A stretch of DNA of 64,000 nucleotides, taken from positions 9,713 to 73,712 of the forward strand of contig JAQGNE010000061.1 of the NCBI GenBank assembly GCA_028291985.1. The letters run 5' to 3'. The translations under genes and the position numbers were made by a program. The notes beneath the pieces were generated by a model, which was given only the letters and a program-made list of their open reading frames with translations, ran no database searches and was not told the origin of the DNA. Source of the DNA: Polaromonas sp. (GTDB lineage Bacteria > Pseudomonadota > Gammaproteobacteria > Burkholderiales > Burkholderiaceae_C). This document shows, one piece after another, positions 1 to 9,570 of this stretch (its first letter is position 1; every line of letters begins with the position of its first letter).

Positions 1-17
1 ATTTCGGCACCACCGCC

Positions 18-1190
18 TTGATGCTGGTGGGCTCTGCACTGGCTTACCTGCGCTCGGTGCGCCGCATTGCACGCAACGCAGCGCTGGCGGCGTGCATATC
101 GGGGTTGTTTGTGGTCTCGTTTCTTGGCGGCCTGCCGCTGGCTGGAGACGACGTCGAGTTTCGCTTTCTGGCGCACTTGGCAACAGCTGCCGCCAGCATT
201 CTTTGTTTTTTGCTGTTAAGCGTGCTGGGGGTGTTGAAAATACGCGCTAACCGACGCCGCGCGCGGCTGTGGCTGGGCCTGTGCTGTGCGATCGTTATCG
301 GCGCTGGTTGGCTGGTCTCACCGATCACGTCGCTGTCGTTGGGTCTTTGCACTGCGTTTTTGGTGGGCGCGGTGGCGGTGGCTTTTAGCGTGCGGAGCGC
401 CATGCGTGGAGACCGGCTGGCATGGGCTGCGGTATTGGCCGTGCTGTGCATGCTGGTCGCCCTTGCAGGGTTGGGCTGGATTGCGCTTGACCGCCGGCAG
501 GCGTCCACGCTGGTCCACGTCGTCAGCGCCGTCGCAGCAACGCTTTACCTGGCGACCATGGCGACCATGCTTTGGGCGCGATATTCCTACCTGATCGTAT
601 TGCACGAAGTCATGTCGCACGGCCCCAGCTACGACGCTGTCACGCGCATGCGTTCGCATGTCGAAACCGAGCGTATGGTCGATTCGGTGTTTGCCAAGAT
701 GCGTGACGACCCGGCCCCGCTAGGTCTGCTGGTCCTGACCATCGTCAACTTTTACGCCCTCAACAAGTTGCATGGCCAGGCTGCGGTCAACCATGCCTTG
801 TTTGTGTCCGGAGGCCGCTTGCGCCGGCTGCTGCCGCCAAACGTGGAAATAGGCCGCCTGGGGCGAAGCGGGTTTGTTCTCATCATGAGAAATTGCCGGG
901 ACAGCGGCACCCTGATTGACCTTGCGCGCCTGGCGTCTTCCCGCCTGAGCCGTCCGGTACAGCTCAAGACCAGCGCAGACGCCAAGCGCCTGGAAGCACG
1001 CTGCACGGCGTGGGCCGCCGACATGGGCGTTGGCGTATTGATGGTCACGAACCGCGCGATGAGCGGGTCGGAAGCCATCGCATCGGCACGCGCCATGTCG
1101 AGAACTGCCGTGAGTTTCACCAGCAGGATCGCCTGGTTGGACCATCCTAGCGGCGAGATTGTGGAGCTGCCGGTGCTTGCGCCTGCCTAG
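18..1190 (+). CDS. Multi-TM membrane protein with degenerate GGDEF-like domain (5' partial; frame is open to the window edge)
   Basis: Several hydrophobic helices, then YDAVTRM...LLVLTIVNFYALNKLHGQAAVNHAL...EIGRLGRSGFVLIM; GGDEF signature reads GRSGF. No in-frame stop between base 3 and 18. Confidence 0.75.
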   Translation: MMLVGSALAYLRSVRRIARNAALAACISGLFVVSFLGGLPLAGDDVEFRFLAHLATAAASILCFLLLSVLGVLKIRANRRRARLWLGLCCAIVIGAGWLVSPITSLSLGLCTAFLVGAVAVAFSVRSAMRGDRLAWAAVLAVLCMLVALAGLGWIALDRRQASTLVHVVSAVAATLYLATMATMLWARYSYLIVLHEVMSHGPSYDAVTRMRSHVETERMVDSVFAKMRDDPAPLGLLVLTIVNFYALNKLHGQAAVNHALFVSGGRLRRLLPPNVEIGRLGRSGFVLIMRNCRDSGTLIDLARLASSRLSRPVQLKTSADAKRLEARCTAWAADMGVGVLMVTNRAMSGSEAIASARAMSRTAVSFTSRIAWLDHPSGEIVELPVLAPA

Positions 1191-1193
1191 CGA

Positions 1194-4100
1194 TTGAAAC
1201 TGCGCCGGCGACAGCCGATAATCGAAAGTTTTGAGCCGCTTTCCTTGTCGCTACAGCCACAACACCCATCCTCGCCATCCAGATTCCCATCACGGCCAGT
1301 GATCGATTTCCCGGAGTCGCTGCCGGTATCGGGCAAGCGGGACGAAATCACCACCGCCATACAGTCGCACCAGGTGGTGATCGTCTGTGGTGAAACCGGC
1401 TCCGGCAAGACAACGCAGTTGCCCAAAATCGCACTGGCTATGGGTCGGGGCAAGCTGAACTACCCGGTGGGTCAGCGTGCAAAGCTCATTGGCCATACGC
1501 AGCCAAGGCGGATAGCGGCCTCCAGCGTGGCCAAGCGTATCGCTGAAGAACTGAAAACGCCGCTGGGCGAGGTAGTGGGCTACAAGGTGCGGTTTCAGGA
1601 CCGCCTGAGCCGCGATGCTTCTGTCAAGCTGATGACGGACGGCATCCTGCTGGCGGAAACACAAACCGATCCGCTGCTCAATGCCTATGACACGCTCATC
1701 ATTGATGAAGCCCATGAGCGCAGCCTGAATATCGACTTTTTGCTGGGCTTTGTGCGGCAGCTGCTACCGCGCCGGCCGGACCTGAAGGTCATCATCACGT
1801 CGGCCACCATCGACGCACAGCGCTTTGCAAATTACTTCGAGTCAGCCAAGGGGCCGGCACCTGTCATCATGGTGTCAGGCCGGATGTTTCCAGTCGAGCA
1901 ACGCTGGCGGCCTTTTGAAGAATCGCGCGACCATGACCTCAACGACGCCATCGCCGACGCTGTGGACGAGTTGTGGGCCAGCCCGCACAACGCGGGCGAT
2001 ATCCTGGTCTTCCTGCCTGGCGAGCGCGAGATCCGCGAAGCTGCCGACCACTTACGAAAGCACCTCGCCCATCAGCCCCTGAATCGCCATGCGGAGGTGT
2101 TGCCACTGTTCGCCCGTCTGAGCCAGGCCGAACAAGACCGAATTTTTGACGGGCACAGCGGGCGCCGGGTTGTGCTGGCCACCAATGTGGCCGAGACCTC
2201 ACTCACTGTTCCGGGTATCCGATTTGTCATTGACGCTGGAACCGCGAGGGTCAAGCGCTACAGTTTCAGGAGCAAGGTCGAGCAGCTGATGGTTGAGCCG
2301 GTGTCGCAGGCAGCGGCCAATCAGCGTGCCGGTCGTTGCGGCCGCGTTGCTGACGGTATCTGCATACGCTTGTACGACGAACAGGATTTTGCCGGCAGGC
2401 CACGTTTCACCGATCCTGAAATCCTGCGCAGCTCGCTGGCTGCCGTCATCTTGAGGATGAAAGCACTGCGCCTTGGCGCGGTTGAAGATTTTGCGTTCAT
2501 CGAGCCGCCACAGCGCCGCGCGATTGCCGACGGTTATCAATTGCTGGCCGAGCTGGGCGCGGTGGATGAGCAGAATGAGCTCACACCCGTTGGCACTAAC
2601 CTGGCAAGGCTGCCACTGGACCCTCGCATCGGTCGCATGATTCTGGAGGCCCGGGACCGTAGCTCCCTCGACGAGGTGCTGGTAATTGCCAGTGCGCTAA
2701 GCGTGCAGGATGTGCGTGACCGGCCGATCGACAAGCAGGCACAGGCCGATCAGCAGCACGCCAAGTTCGATGATGAGAAAAGCGAATTCAGCAGCTATTT
2801 GAAGTTGTGGAAATGGCTGGATGTCAGCCGCGGCGGACACGGCACCGAGCACAAGCTGTCAAACCGCCAGTATGAAAACCTGCTGCGCGAGAACTACGTC
2901 AATATCCGGCGGGTGCGTGAATGGCGCGACATCCATTCGCAGCTGCATGCCGTGGTCGGCGAGCAGAAATGGGTGCTCAATGACAAGCCTGCGAGCTATG
3001 AGCAGCTTCACTTGTCCATGTTGTGCGGCTTGCTGGGCAACATCGGCTGCAAGAGCGAAGAAGCACCCTCAGCCCCGCGCCCCGGTGCCGAGCGGACGAG
3101 CTCGGGACAGGGCGAGTACCTGGGCGCGCGCGGTATCAAGTTTTTCCCGCACCCTGGTGCCAAGCTGAGCAAGAGGCCGGGGCGCTGGATTGTTGCGGCC
3201 GAACTGGTCGAGACCACGCGCCTGTTCGGGCGGGGCATTGCCAACATCGACCCGGCCTGGATCGAACAGGTTGCCGGGCATTTGCTGAAAAAGCAGTTGC
3301 TGGACCCGCACTGGGAAAAGAAGGCGGCCCAGGTCACTGCCCTGGAGAGGGCCACGCTGTATGGCTTGACGGTCTATAGCGGCAGGCGTGCCAATTTTGG
3401 CCGGGTAGACCCCGCCGCCGCGCGAGAAGTCTTCATTCGGGAGGCCCTGGTTGCCGGCAACTGGGACACCCGCCTGCCGTTTCTGGCCGCCAATCAAAAG
3501 CTCGTCGGCAGCGTGCAGGAGCTGGAGCACAAGGCGCGCCGGCAGGATGTACTGGTGGATGAAGAGCTGATCTACGCCTTTTATGACCAACACCTGCCCG
3601 CCAGCATCTGCAGCGGTGTCGGGTGCGAGAGCTGGTACAAGGAAGAAGCCCGGCGCCAGCCGAAACTGCTCTTTATGACGCAAGAAGAGCTGATGCGTCA
3701 TGAAGCGAGCGGCATCACCTCACAGGCGTTTCCGCGCACCTTGCGAATGGGCGGCGTCGATTGCCCGGTGGCCTACCTGCATGAGCCCGGCGACGCGAAA
3801 GACGGCCTCACTGTGGATGTGCCGCTTTTTGCGCTGAACCAGGTCAATGAAGAGCGCTGTGAATGGCTGGTTCCCGGCATGCTGAAGGACAAGGTACAGG
3901 CGTTGCTCAAGACACTGCATCAGCGGCCACGCTCCCGGCTGGTGCCATTGCCTGAAACCGCTGCCCGCATGGCCGAACAGCTCAACCAGCCGCAGACATT
4001 CGGCACCGGCTCGTTGACAGACGCGCTGCTCAAGCTGGTGCGGGATGCCACGTCGGTGGACGTCAAACGCGGCGACATCAAGCTGGAGATGCTTCCCCCG

Positions 4101-5279
4101 CATCTGTTCATGAACGTGCGTGTGGTGGATGACAATGGCCGGCAGATGGGCATGGGCCGCAACATTGGAGCGCTGAAGGCCGAACTGGGCACGCAGGCAA
4201 GAGGTGCATTCCAGGCGCTGGCCGTTTTGAAAGGCGCGACGCCGTCAGGGCCTGTTGATGCCGTCTCTGGTGAGCCAAGCAAGAAAAATGAATCAAATAG
4301 GCCTCTAGCCCAGAACCTGCGAGGGCTAGTAGCTCCTGAAATCGTAGCAAAATCAACATCTGGACCAGCGACCGTCAGCGTACCGAAAGCGCCCGCACGC
4401 TACACCAGCTGGGCCTTCGGGGAGCTGCCCGAACTGATGGAGATACGCAAGGGCAACCAGACGCTGATCGGGTTTCCAGCGCTGATCGACCTGGGATTAG
4501 AGGGTGGTGGCGCCGTCACCATTGAGGTGTTTGACGAGCCGGCGCTTGCCGCGCTGCGTCACCGTACAGGCTTGCGTCGGCTTTTTTCGCTTCAGATCAG
4601 GGAGACGTTGAAGCACCTGGAGAAAAACCTGCCAGAGCTGCAGAAAATGGCGACGCAGTTCATGCTGGTGGGACGCGGCCCGGACAACTCGGGCGGAGGA
4701 ACTCTGGAAGAGCTGCGGGCGCAGATCATCGAGGTCTCACTCGACCGCGCATTTTTAACCGATCCCCTGCCCAGCACTGAGGCCGAATTCAGCAAGCGTG
4801 TGGAAGACGGTCGCGCGCGGCTGACGCTGATCGCGCAGGAAGTGGCGCGTCTCGCGGCTGCGATCCTTGCCGAGCACGCCGTTGCCCAGCGCAAGATCAA
4901 GGAGACGCGTAACGCGGCAGAAGCAGTGACCGACACCGCGCAGCAACTGCAGCGGCTGGTGCCCAAGACATTTTTGACCGCCACGCCTTACGCCCAGCTC
5001 CAGCACTTTCCGCGCTACCTGAAAGCGATTACCTTGCGGCTGGAAAAATGGCGCAGCGACCCCGCCCGAGATACTGCACGCATGGCGGAGGTCAAACCCC
5101 AGGAGCAGCGTTACTGGCGTTTGTTTGCCGAACGCAAGGGCAGGGCAGACGCAAGGATGCAGGAATTTCGCTGGCTGCTGGAAGAACTGCGGGTCAGCCT
5201 CTTTGCGCAAGAGCTAAGGACCCCACAACCAGTTAGCCTGAAGCGACTGGACAAGGTCTGGGCGCAGCTGAGCAGCTAG
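1194..5279 (+). CDS. hrpA: ATP-dependent RNA helicase HrpA
   Basis: GETGSGKTTQLPK, HTQPRRIAA, DEAHERS, SAT, QRAGRCGR motifs; C-terminus ELRVSLFAQEL; 1361 aa. Confidence 0.97.
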   Translation: MKLRRRQPIIESFEPLSLSLQPQHPSSPSRFPSRPVIDFPESLPVSGKRDEITTAIQSHQVVIVCGETGSGKTTQLPKIALAMGRGKLNYPVGQRAKLIGHTQPRRIAASSVAKRIAEELKTPLGEVVGYKVRFQDRLSRDASVKLMTDGILLAETQTDPLLNAYDTLIIDEAHERSLNIDFLLGFVRQLLPRRPDLKVIITSATIDAQRFANYFESAKGPAPVIMVSGRMFPVEQRWRPFEESRDHDLNDAIADAVDELWASPHNAGDILVFLPGEREIREAADHLRKHLAHQPLNRHAEVLPLFARLSQAEQDRIFDGHSGRRVVLATNVAETSLTVPGIRFVIDAGTARVKRYSFRSKVEQLMVEPVSQAAANQRAGRCGRVADGICIRLYDEQDFAGRPRFTDPEILRSSLAAVILRMKALRLGAVEDFAFIEPPQRRAIADGYQLLAELGAVDEQNELTPVGTNLARLPLDPRIGRMILEARDRSSLDEVLVIASALSVQDVRDRPIDKQAQADQQHAKFDDEKSEFSSYLKLWKWLDVSRGGHGTEHKLSNRQYENLLRENYVNIRRVREWRDIHSQLHAVVGEQKWVLNDKPASYEQLHLSMLCGLLGNIGCKSEEAPSAPRPGAERTSSGQGEYLGARGIKFFPHPGAKLSKRPGRWIVAAELVETTRLFGRGIANIDPAWIEQVAGHLLKKQLLDPHWEKKAAQVTALERATLYGLTVYSGRRANFGRVDPAAAREVFIREALVAGNWDTRLPFLAANQKLVGSVQELEHKARRQDVLVDEELIYAFYDQHLPASICSGVGCESWYKEEARRQPKLLFMTQEELMRHEASGITSQAFPRTLRMGGVDCPVAYLHEPGDAKDGLTVDVPLFALNQVNEERCEWLVPGMLKDKVQALLKTLHQRPRSRLVPLPETAARMAEQLNQPQTFGTGSLTDALLKLVRDATSVDVKRGDIKLEMLPPHLFMNVRVVDDNGRQMGMGRNIGALKAELGTQARGAFQALAVLKGATPSGPVDAVSGEPSKKNESNRPLAQNLRGLVAPEIVAKSTSGPATVSVPKAPARYTSWAFGELPELMEIRKGNQTLIGFPALIDLGLEGGGAVTIEVFDEPALAALRHRTGLRRLFSLQIRETLKHLEKNLPELQKMATQFMLVGRGPDNSGGGTLEELRAQIIEVSLDRAFLTDPLPSTEAEFSKRVEDGRARLTLIAQEVARLAAAILAEHAVAQRKIKETRNAAEAVTDTAQQLQRLVPKTFLTATPYAQLQHFPRYLKAITLRLEKWRSDPARDTARMAEVKPQEQRYWRLFAERKGRADARMQEFRWLLEELRVSLFAQELRTPQPVSLKRLDKVWAQLSS
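4295..4349 (+). repeat. 55-bp double-dyad element, copy 1 (in frame within hrpA)
   Basis: AAATAGGCCTCTAGCCC-AGAACCTGCGA-GGGCTAG-TAGCTCCTGAAATCGTAGCA; perfect CTAGCCC/GGGCTAG stem. Confidence 0.85.
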
Positions 5280-5336
5280 CTGGCGGTGCAGGCCGGCGCT
5301 CGAAACGGTAACGTGAAGCTACTGTCGCCAGGCGTC

Positions 5337-5374
5337 AAAAAGGCTTTGCAACGCTGGTTTGCAAAGCCTTTTTT
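5337..5374. terminator. Bidirectional intrinsic terminator between hrpA and the DUF3309 gene
   Basis: AAAAAGGCTTTGCAA-CGCTGGT-TTGCAAAGCCTTTTTT hairpin with A and T tracts. Confidence 0.85.
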
Positions 5375-5411
5375 CATTCCGCCTCAATGGTGAGGCCGAC
5401 GGACCTGACGT

Positions 5412-5570
5412 CTAGATTCGGCCCATCAACAGCAGGACGATCAAAATGATGACCACCAGGCCAAGACCGCCACTAGGACCGTAGCCCCAACTTTTGCTGT
5501 GACCCCAGGTCGGCAGGGCACCCACGAGAATCAAGATAAGCACGATGAGAAGAATGAGGGAAATTGACAT
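5412..5570 (-). CDS. DUF3309 family small membrane protein (52 aa; absent from ORF track)
   Basis: Manual translation MSISLILLIVLILILVGALPTWGHSKSWGYGPSGGLGLVVIILIVLLLMGRI; AGGAG Shine-Dalgarno upstream. Confidence 0.9.
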   Translation of the reverse strand: MSISLILLIVLILILVGALPTWGHSKSWGYGPSGGLGLVVIILIVLLLMGRI

Positions 5571-5670
5571 GAAGGCTCCTTGTTATGTGAGCCTATTGTT
5601 GATGCTGTAGAGGTAGCCCGCCAGCAGGCACAAAGCGCAACGGCTCGTCATCCAAAGCGGACAGCTGTGC

Positions 5671-6927
5671 TTACAGGCTGGAAAGCTTTTGCAGTGCGGC
5701 CTGCAGCGTCTCATCCTTTTTGGCGAAGCAAAAGCGCACGACGCGCTGGTCAAGGCCGCTGCTATAGAAAGCAGACAAAGGGATGGCCGCAACGCCAAGC
5801 TCTGTCGTCAGCCACTTGCAAAAGTCTGCCTCGTTCAGATCGGTCACTTCCGAGATGTCAACGCACTGGAAATAACTGCCCTCACTGGGCAGCAACCTGA
5901 GGCGCGTTTTCGCAAGCCCCTGCCGAAACAGGTCTCTCTTGCGTTGGTAGAAAACGGGCAGGTCCAGGTAAGGGCGCTCATCTGCCATGTAGCTTGCCAG
6001 ACCATGCTGCACGGGTGTGTTGACGGTAAAGACATTGAACTGATGCACCTTGCGGAATTCGGTCGTGAGTTCGACGGGTGCCGCAACATAGCCGACCTTC
6101 CACCCGGTCACGTGATAAGTCTTGCCAAAACTGCTGACGATAAATGCGCGTGCCGCCAAGCCAGGAAATCGAATCGCGCTCTCATGGCGCCGACCCTTGT
6201 CGGCATCAAAAACCATGTGCTCGTACACCTCGTCACTGATGAGGAAAATGTCGGTCGGTGCCAGGATTTCCTGCAGCCTGAGCATGTCGGCTTCGGTCCA
6301 CACGGTTGCACTGGGGTTGTGCGGCGAATTGATCACGATGGCGCGGGTCTTGGACGTGATGGCCGCAGCGATCTTGTCGAAATCGGGCCGGAAGGTGCCC
6401 GGCGTCAGCGGAAGGCTCACCACCACGCCGCCGGCCAGCTGGATGTTCGGGATATAACTGTCGTAGCAGGGCTCCAACACAATGACCTCATCGCCCGGGT
6501 GCACCACGGCCAGTATGGCAGTGATGATGGCCTGCGTGGCGCCTGCGGTGACGGTGATCTCGGTGTTGGCGTTGTAGTGGCGGCCATACATCCTGGAGAG
6601 CTTGGCCGAAATGGCCTCGCGCAACACGGGAACGCCAGCCATTGGCGGGTACTGGTTAAAGCCTTGGCTCATCGCGCTGCTGACAGCCTCAACCAGTTGC
6701 GGGTCACAGTCGAAATCGGGAAAGCCTTGGCCCAGGTTGATCGCGCCTTTCTCCGCCGCCAGCGTTGACATGACGGTGAAGATGGTGGTGCCGACTGCGG
6801 GCAGCTTGCTGATCATTGCAGGCGTCCTTGGCAAGCTACCGGCGGTGCCGTCACTCAGGCCCATGTTTGCGTCATGCCCTTGCGATGATGTGCCGCGGGC
6901 CAGTGAGGCGGAGGTCTGCAGGTTCAT
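5671..6927 (-). CDS. PLP-dependent aminotransferase class I/II (YbdL/methionine aminotransferase-like)
   Basis: INLGQGFPDF, NSPHNP, SDEVYEH, SSFGKTYHVTGWKVG, VRFCFAK; start overlaps the cysB stop (ATGA); true start could be 6864. Confidence 0.92.
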   Translation of the reverse strand: MNLQTSASLARGTSSQGHDANMGLSDGTAGSLPRTPAMISKLPAVGTTIFTVMSTLAAEKGAINLGQGFPDFDCDPQLVEAVSSAMSQGFNQYPPMAGVPVLREAISAKLSRMYGRHYNANTEITVTAGATQAIITAILAVVHPGDEVIVLEPCYDSYIPNIQLAGGVVVSLPLTPGTFRPDFDKIAAAITSKTRAIVINSPHNPSATVWTEADMLRLQEILAPTDIFLISDEVYEHMVFDADKGRRHESAIRFPGLAARAFIVSSFGKTYHVTGWKVGYVAAPVELTTEFRKVHQFNVFTVNTPVQHGLASYMADERPYLDLPVFYQRKRDLFRQGLAKTRLRLLPSEGSYFQCVDISEVTDLNEADFCKWLTTELGVAAIPLSAFYSSGLDQRVVRFCFAKKDETLQAALQKLSSL

Positions 6928-7868
6928 AGGTCAAACTCGTTGAGATGGCCAGCCATGGCCTTGCTGATGAGGGAGCGGTCAAGCTTGTCGCTAAGCAACT
7001 CGGCAAACTTGTAAACAAAATTGCGCAGGTAGGCGCTGCGCTTGAAGGCGATTCGCGCCACATTGGGGCCGAAGAGATGGCCTGCCGGAATAGCCACCAA
7101 GTCGGAGTTGGTGCCATCGTCCCGCATTGCCATTTCAGCCACGATGCCAACACCAAGCCCCAGCCGCACATAGGTCTTGATCACGTCAGAGTCAATTGCT
7201 TCCAGCGCCACACGGGGCTGAAGCCGTCTGGCGGCAAACGCCAGGTCAATCTTGGTGCGGCCTGTGAATGACGGGTGGTAGGTGATCAAGGGTTCTTCAG
7301 CCAGGTCTTCCAGTGTGATGCCGTCCTTTCCACACAAGTGGTGGCCGACCGGGAGCACCAGCATATGCTGCCATTCATAGCAGGGCAAGGTCACCAGTTC
7401 GCTGTATTGCGCAAGTGATTCGGTGGCGATTCCGACCTCAGCGACCTCGTCAATCACCATCTTGGCGACCTGGTCGGGCGACCCCTGATGGAGGCTGACA
7501 TTTACTTTGGGGAAAGTCTCCCGCAACCTTGCAACCGGCTGCGGCAATACATACCGGGCCTGCGTGTGGGTGGTGGCAATGGACAGGGTGCCATTGTCCT
7601 GCGCCGAAAACTGCTCCCCGATCCGCCGCAGGTTGCCGACTTCACGCATGATCAACTCGATGCTTTTGAGCACATGTTCGCCTGGCTCTGTCACCCGTTT
7701 GAGCCGCTTGCCGTGCCGGGCAAAAATCTCTACACCGAGCTCCTCCTCCAGCTCAATGATCGCCTTGGAAACGCCGGGCTGTGAGGTATGTAGCGAGCGG
7801 GCGGTTTCGGTCAGGTTGAGGTTTCGCCGAACGGCTTCCTGAACGAATCGGAATTGATGAAGGTTCAT
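6924..7868 (-). CDS. cysB: CysB/Cbl family LysR-type regulator
   Basis: MNLHQFRFVQEAVRRNLNLTETARSLHTSQPGVSK, IATTHTQARY, DSDVIKTYVRLGLGVGI. Confidence 0.9.
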   Translation of the reverse strand: MNLHQFRFVQEAVRRNLNLTETARSLHTSQPGVSKAIIELEEELGVEIFARHGKRLKRVTEPGEHVLKSIELIMREVGNLRRIGEQFSAQDNGTLSIATTHTQARYVLPQPVARLRETFPKVNVSLHQGSPDQVAKMVIDEVAEVGIATESLAQYSELVTLPCYEWQHMLVLPVGHHLCGKDGITLEDLAEEPLITYHPSFTGRTKIDLAFAARRLQPRVALEAIDSDVIKTYVRLGLGVGIVAEMAMRDDGTNSDLVAIPAGHLFGPNVARIAFKRSAYLRNFVYKFAELLSDKLDRSLISKAMAGHLNEFDL

Positions 7869-7966
7869 ATCAAAAAGCGGCTAATAGTTCTTTTTATTAT
7901 GCATTTTCTTTGGATCTGAGCGTTGGAACCCAATACCGAGAGCAGCCATAGCCACACCCCAGCGGC

Positions 7967-8380
7967 TCAAGCCTCAACCGGTGCCAGCGCAATGTCTGCC
8001 ATCAGAGCGACCAGTGCAGGGTTTTCTCCTGCCGTTGCCATCAATTCGATGTTGACGTCGGGGTAAGCGGCTCGAAGCTCGCCGACCAGCAGGGGCAGGT
8101 CTTCGCGAGCATGCTTGCCCACGCCTAAAAACAATGGAAAAACCCGGATGGAGCGTGAGCCCGTAGCGATCAGATCGGTGGCAGCGGTGCGCAGGTCAGG
8201 TTCGCACAGTTCCAGGTAGGCGCATCTGACGGCGGCATCAGGCTCGCGCTCCCGGATGGTCTGGGCTACCGCTTCAATTGGCAGCCGCCACAGGGCATCG
8301 CGCGAGCCATGTGCAAACAAAACGATACTTTTCTTGCCATGGCTGGCAGGTGTGGCTGGGTGGCCGGCTTGTTCAGGCAT
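7967..8380 (-). CDS. CbiX/SirB-type sirohydrochlorin chelatase (short form)
   Basis: LFAHGSRD, CAYLELCEP, PLFLGVGKHAREDLP. Confidence 0.88.
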   Translation of the reverse strand: MPEQAGHPATPASHGKKSIVLFAHGSRDALWRLPIEAVAQTIREREPDAAVRCAYLELCEPDLRTAATDLIATGSRSIRVFPLFLGVGKHAREDLPLLVGELRAAYPDVNIELMATAGENPALVALMADIALAPVEA

Positions 8381-8424
8381 GGCAAAAATCGAAGTAGACG
8401 ATAAAAAAGTGGCCGCAAATGGCG

Positions 8425-9570
8425 TCAGCGCCGGATAACCAGCCAGCCGAAGGCGCCGAGCGAAATCGCCATGTACAGCATGCCGGGAGCTGCGGCAGCA
8501 AGCCAGGGCTGCCAGTTTTTCAGGTTGCCGATATAACCAAAGACATTGTTGAGCAGGAAGAAACTGATGCCGATCATGACGCCGGCAAAAACATACGCCG
8601 TTATTCCGCCAGACCTGAAGTGTAGGTAGGCAAAAGGCAGGGCCAAAATCACCATGACAAGGCAGCTCAGCGGGTAAAACACTTTCTTCCAGAACTCGAT
8701 TTCATAGCGCTGAGCGCTCTGGTCGTTAGCCTCAAGATGCTGTATGTAATTGAACAGGTCAAGGGTCCCCATGCGGTCTGGCCGTAACAATGCGACGGAG
8801 ACCATTTCTTCCGTGATGTCGGTTGGCCAGCGGAAGGTTTCAAAATCTCCGCGGGTCACCTGAGCGCTGGTGTTGGGTGCAGGCGTTTTGCCCTGACCGG
8901 TGGCGGGCGGAAACTCCGACCGGCTTGCCCGTTGCAGGATCCATGAGTTGTCGTTGCCGAAAGTCGCTGACGGCGCTTGCGTGATCGACACCATCGATCC
9001 GGTGTTATCAAATTCGAAAATACGCACGCCCTGCATCTCGCTGCGTGAAGACAGTACCTTGATGTTGGCCACATAGGTGTTGTAGCGTTGTTTCTCTTTC
9101 AGCCACGCACCGGTTTGTCCCACCGTGATCCGGCTCTGGTAGCGACCTTTCAGTAACTGGGCGGTACGCTCGCTGGCCGGCGCCAGGTATTCGCCAACCG
9201 CAAAGCTCAGCACCACGAAGAAGCCGCCCAATACCAGCAGCAGTGAAAGAGCGCGCCAGGGGTCCAGCCCGCTGGTGCGCAGGATGGTGTATTCAGAGCT
9301 CTGCGCCAGGCGGGACATCACAAAAATGGTGCCAATCAGGACAGAGATGGGTAGCAGCTCGTACAGATGGTTGGGCACCAGCAGCGTCACATACAAAAGG
9401 GCGTGCTTTATTTGATAGGTGTCAGTCGCTCCTGCAAGACCGCTGCTTTTGCCGAGGTATTGCAACTCATCAACCAGATCAAAGAACATGAACAAGGCCA
9501 GAAAGCCAAGCGCCACCAGTGCAATGGAGACTAGTACCTCGCCATAGATCAGGCGCCGTATGGTTTTCAT
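8425..9570 (-). CDS. lptG: LPS export permease LptG
   Basis: ELLPISVLIGTIFVMSRLAQSSEYTILRTSG, RYEIEFWKK; paired with lptF. Confidence 0.93.
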   Translation of the reverse strand: MKTIRRLIYGEVLVSIALVALGFLALFMFFDLVDELQYLGKSSGLAGATDTYQIKHALLYVTLLVPNHLYELLPISVLIGTIFVMSRLAQSSEYTILRTSGLDPWRALSLLLVLGGFFVVLSFAVGEYLAPASERTAQLLKGRYQSRITVGQTGAWLKEKQRYNTYVANIKVLSSRSEMQGVRIFEFDNTGSMVSITQAPSATFGNDNSWILQRASRSEFPPATGQGKTPAPNTSAQVTRGDFETFRWPTDITEEMVSVALLRPDRMGTLDLFNYIQHLEANDQSAQRYEIEFWKKVFYPLSCLVMVILALPFAYLHFRSGGITAYVFAGVMIGISFFLLNNVFGYIGNLKNWQPWLAAAAPGMLYMAISLGAFGWLVIRR

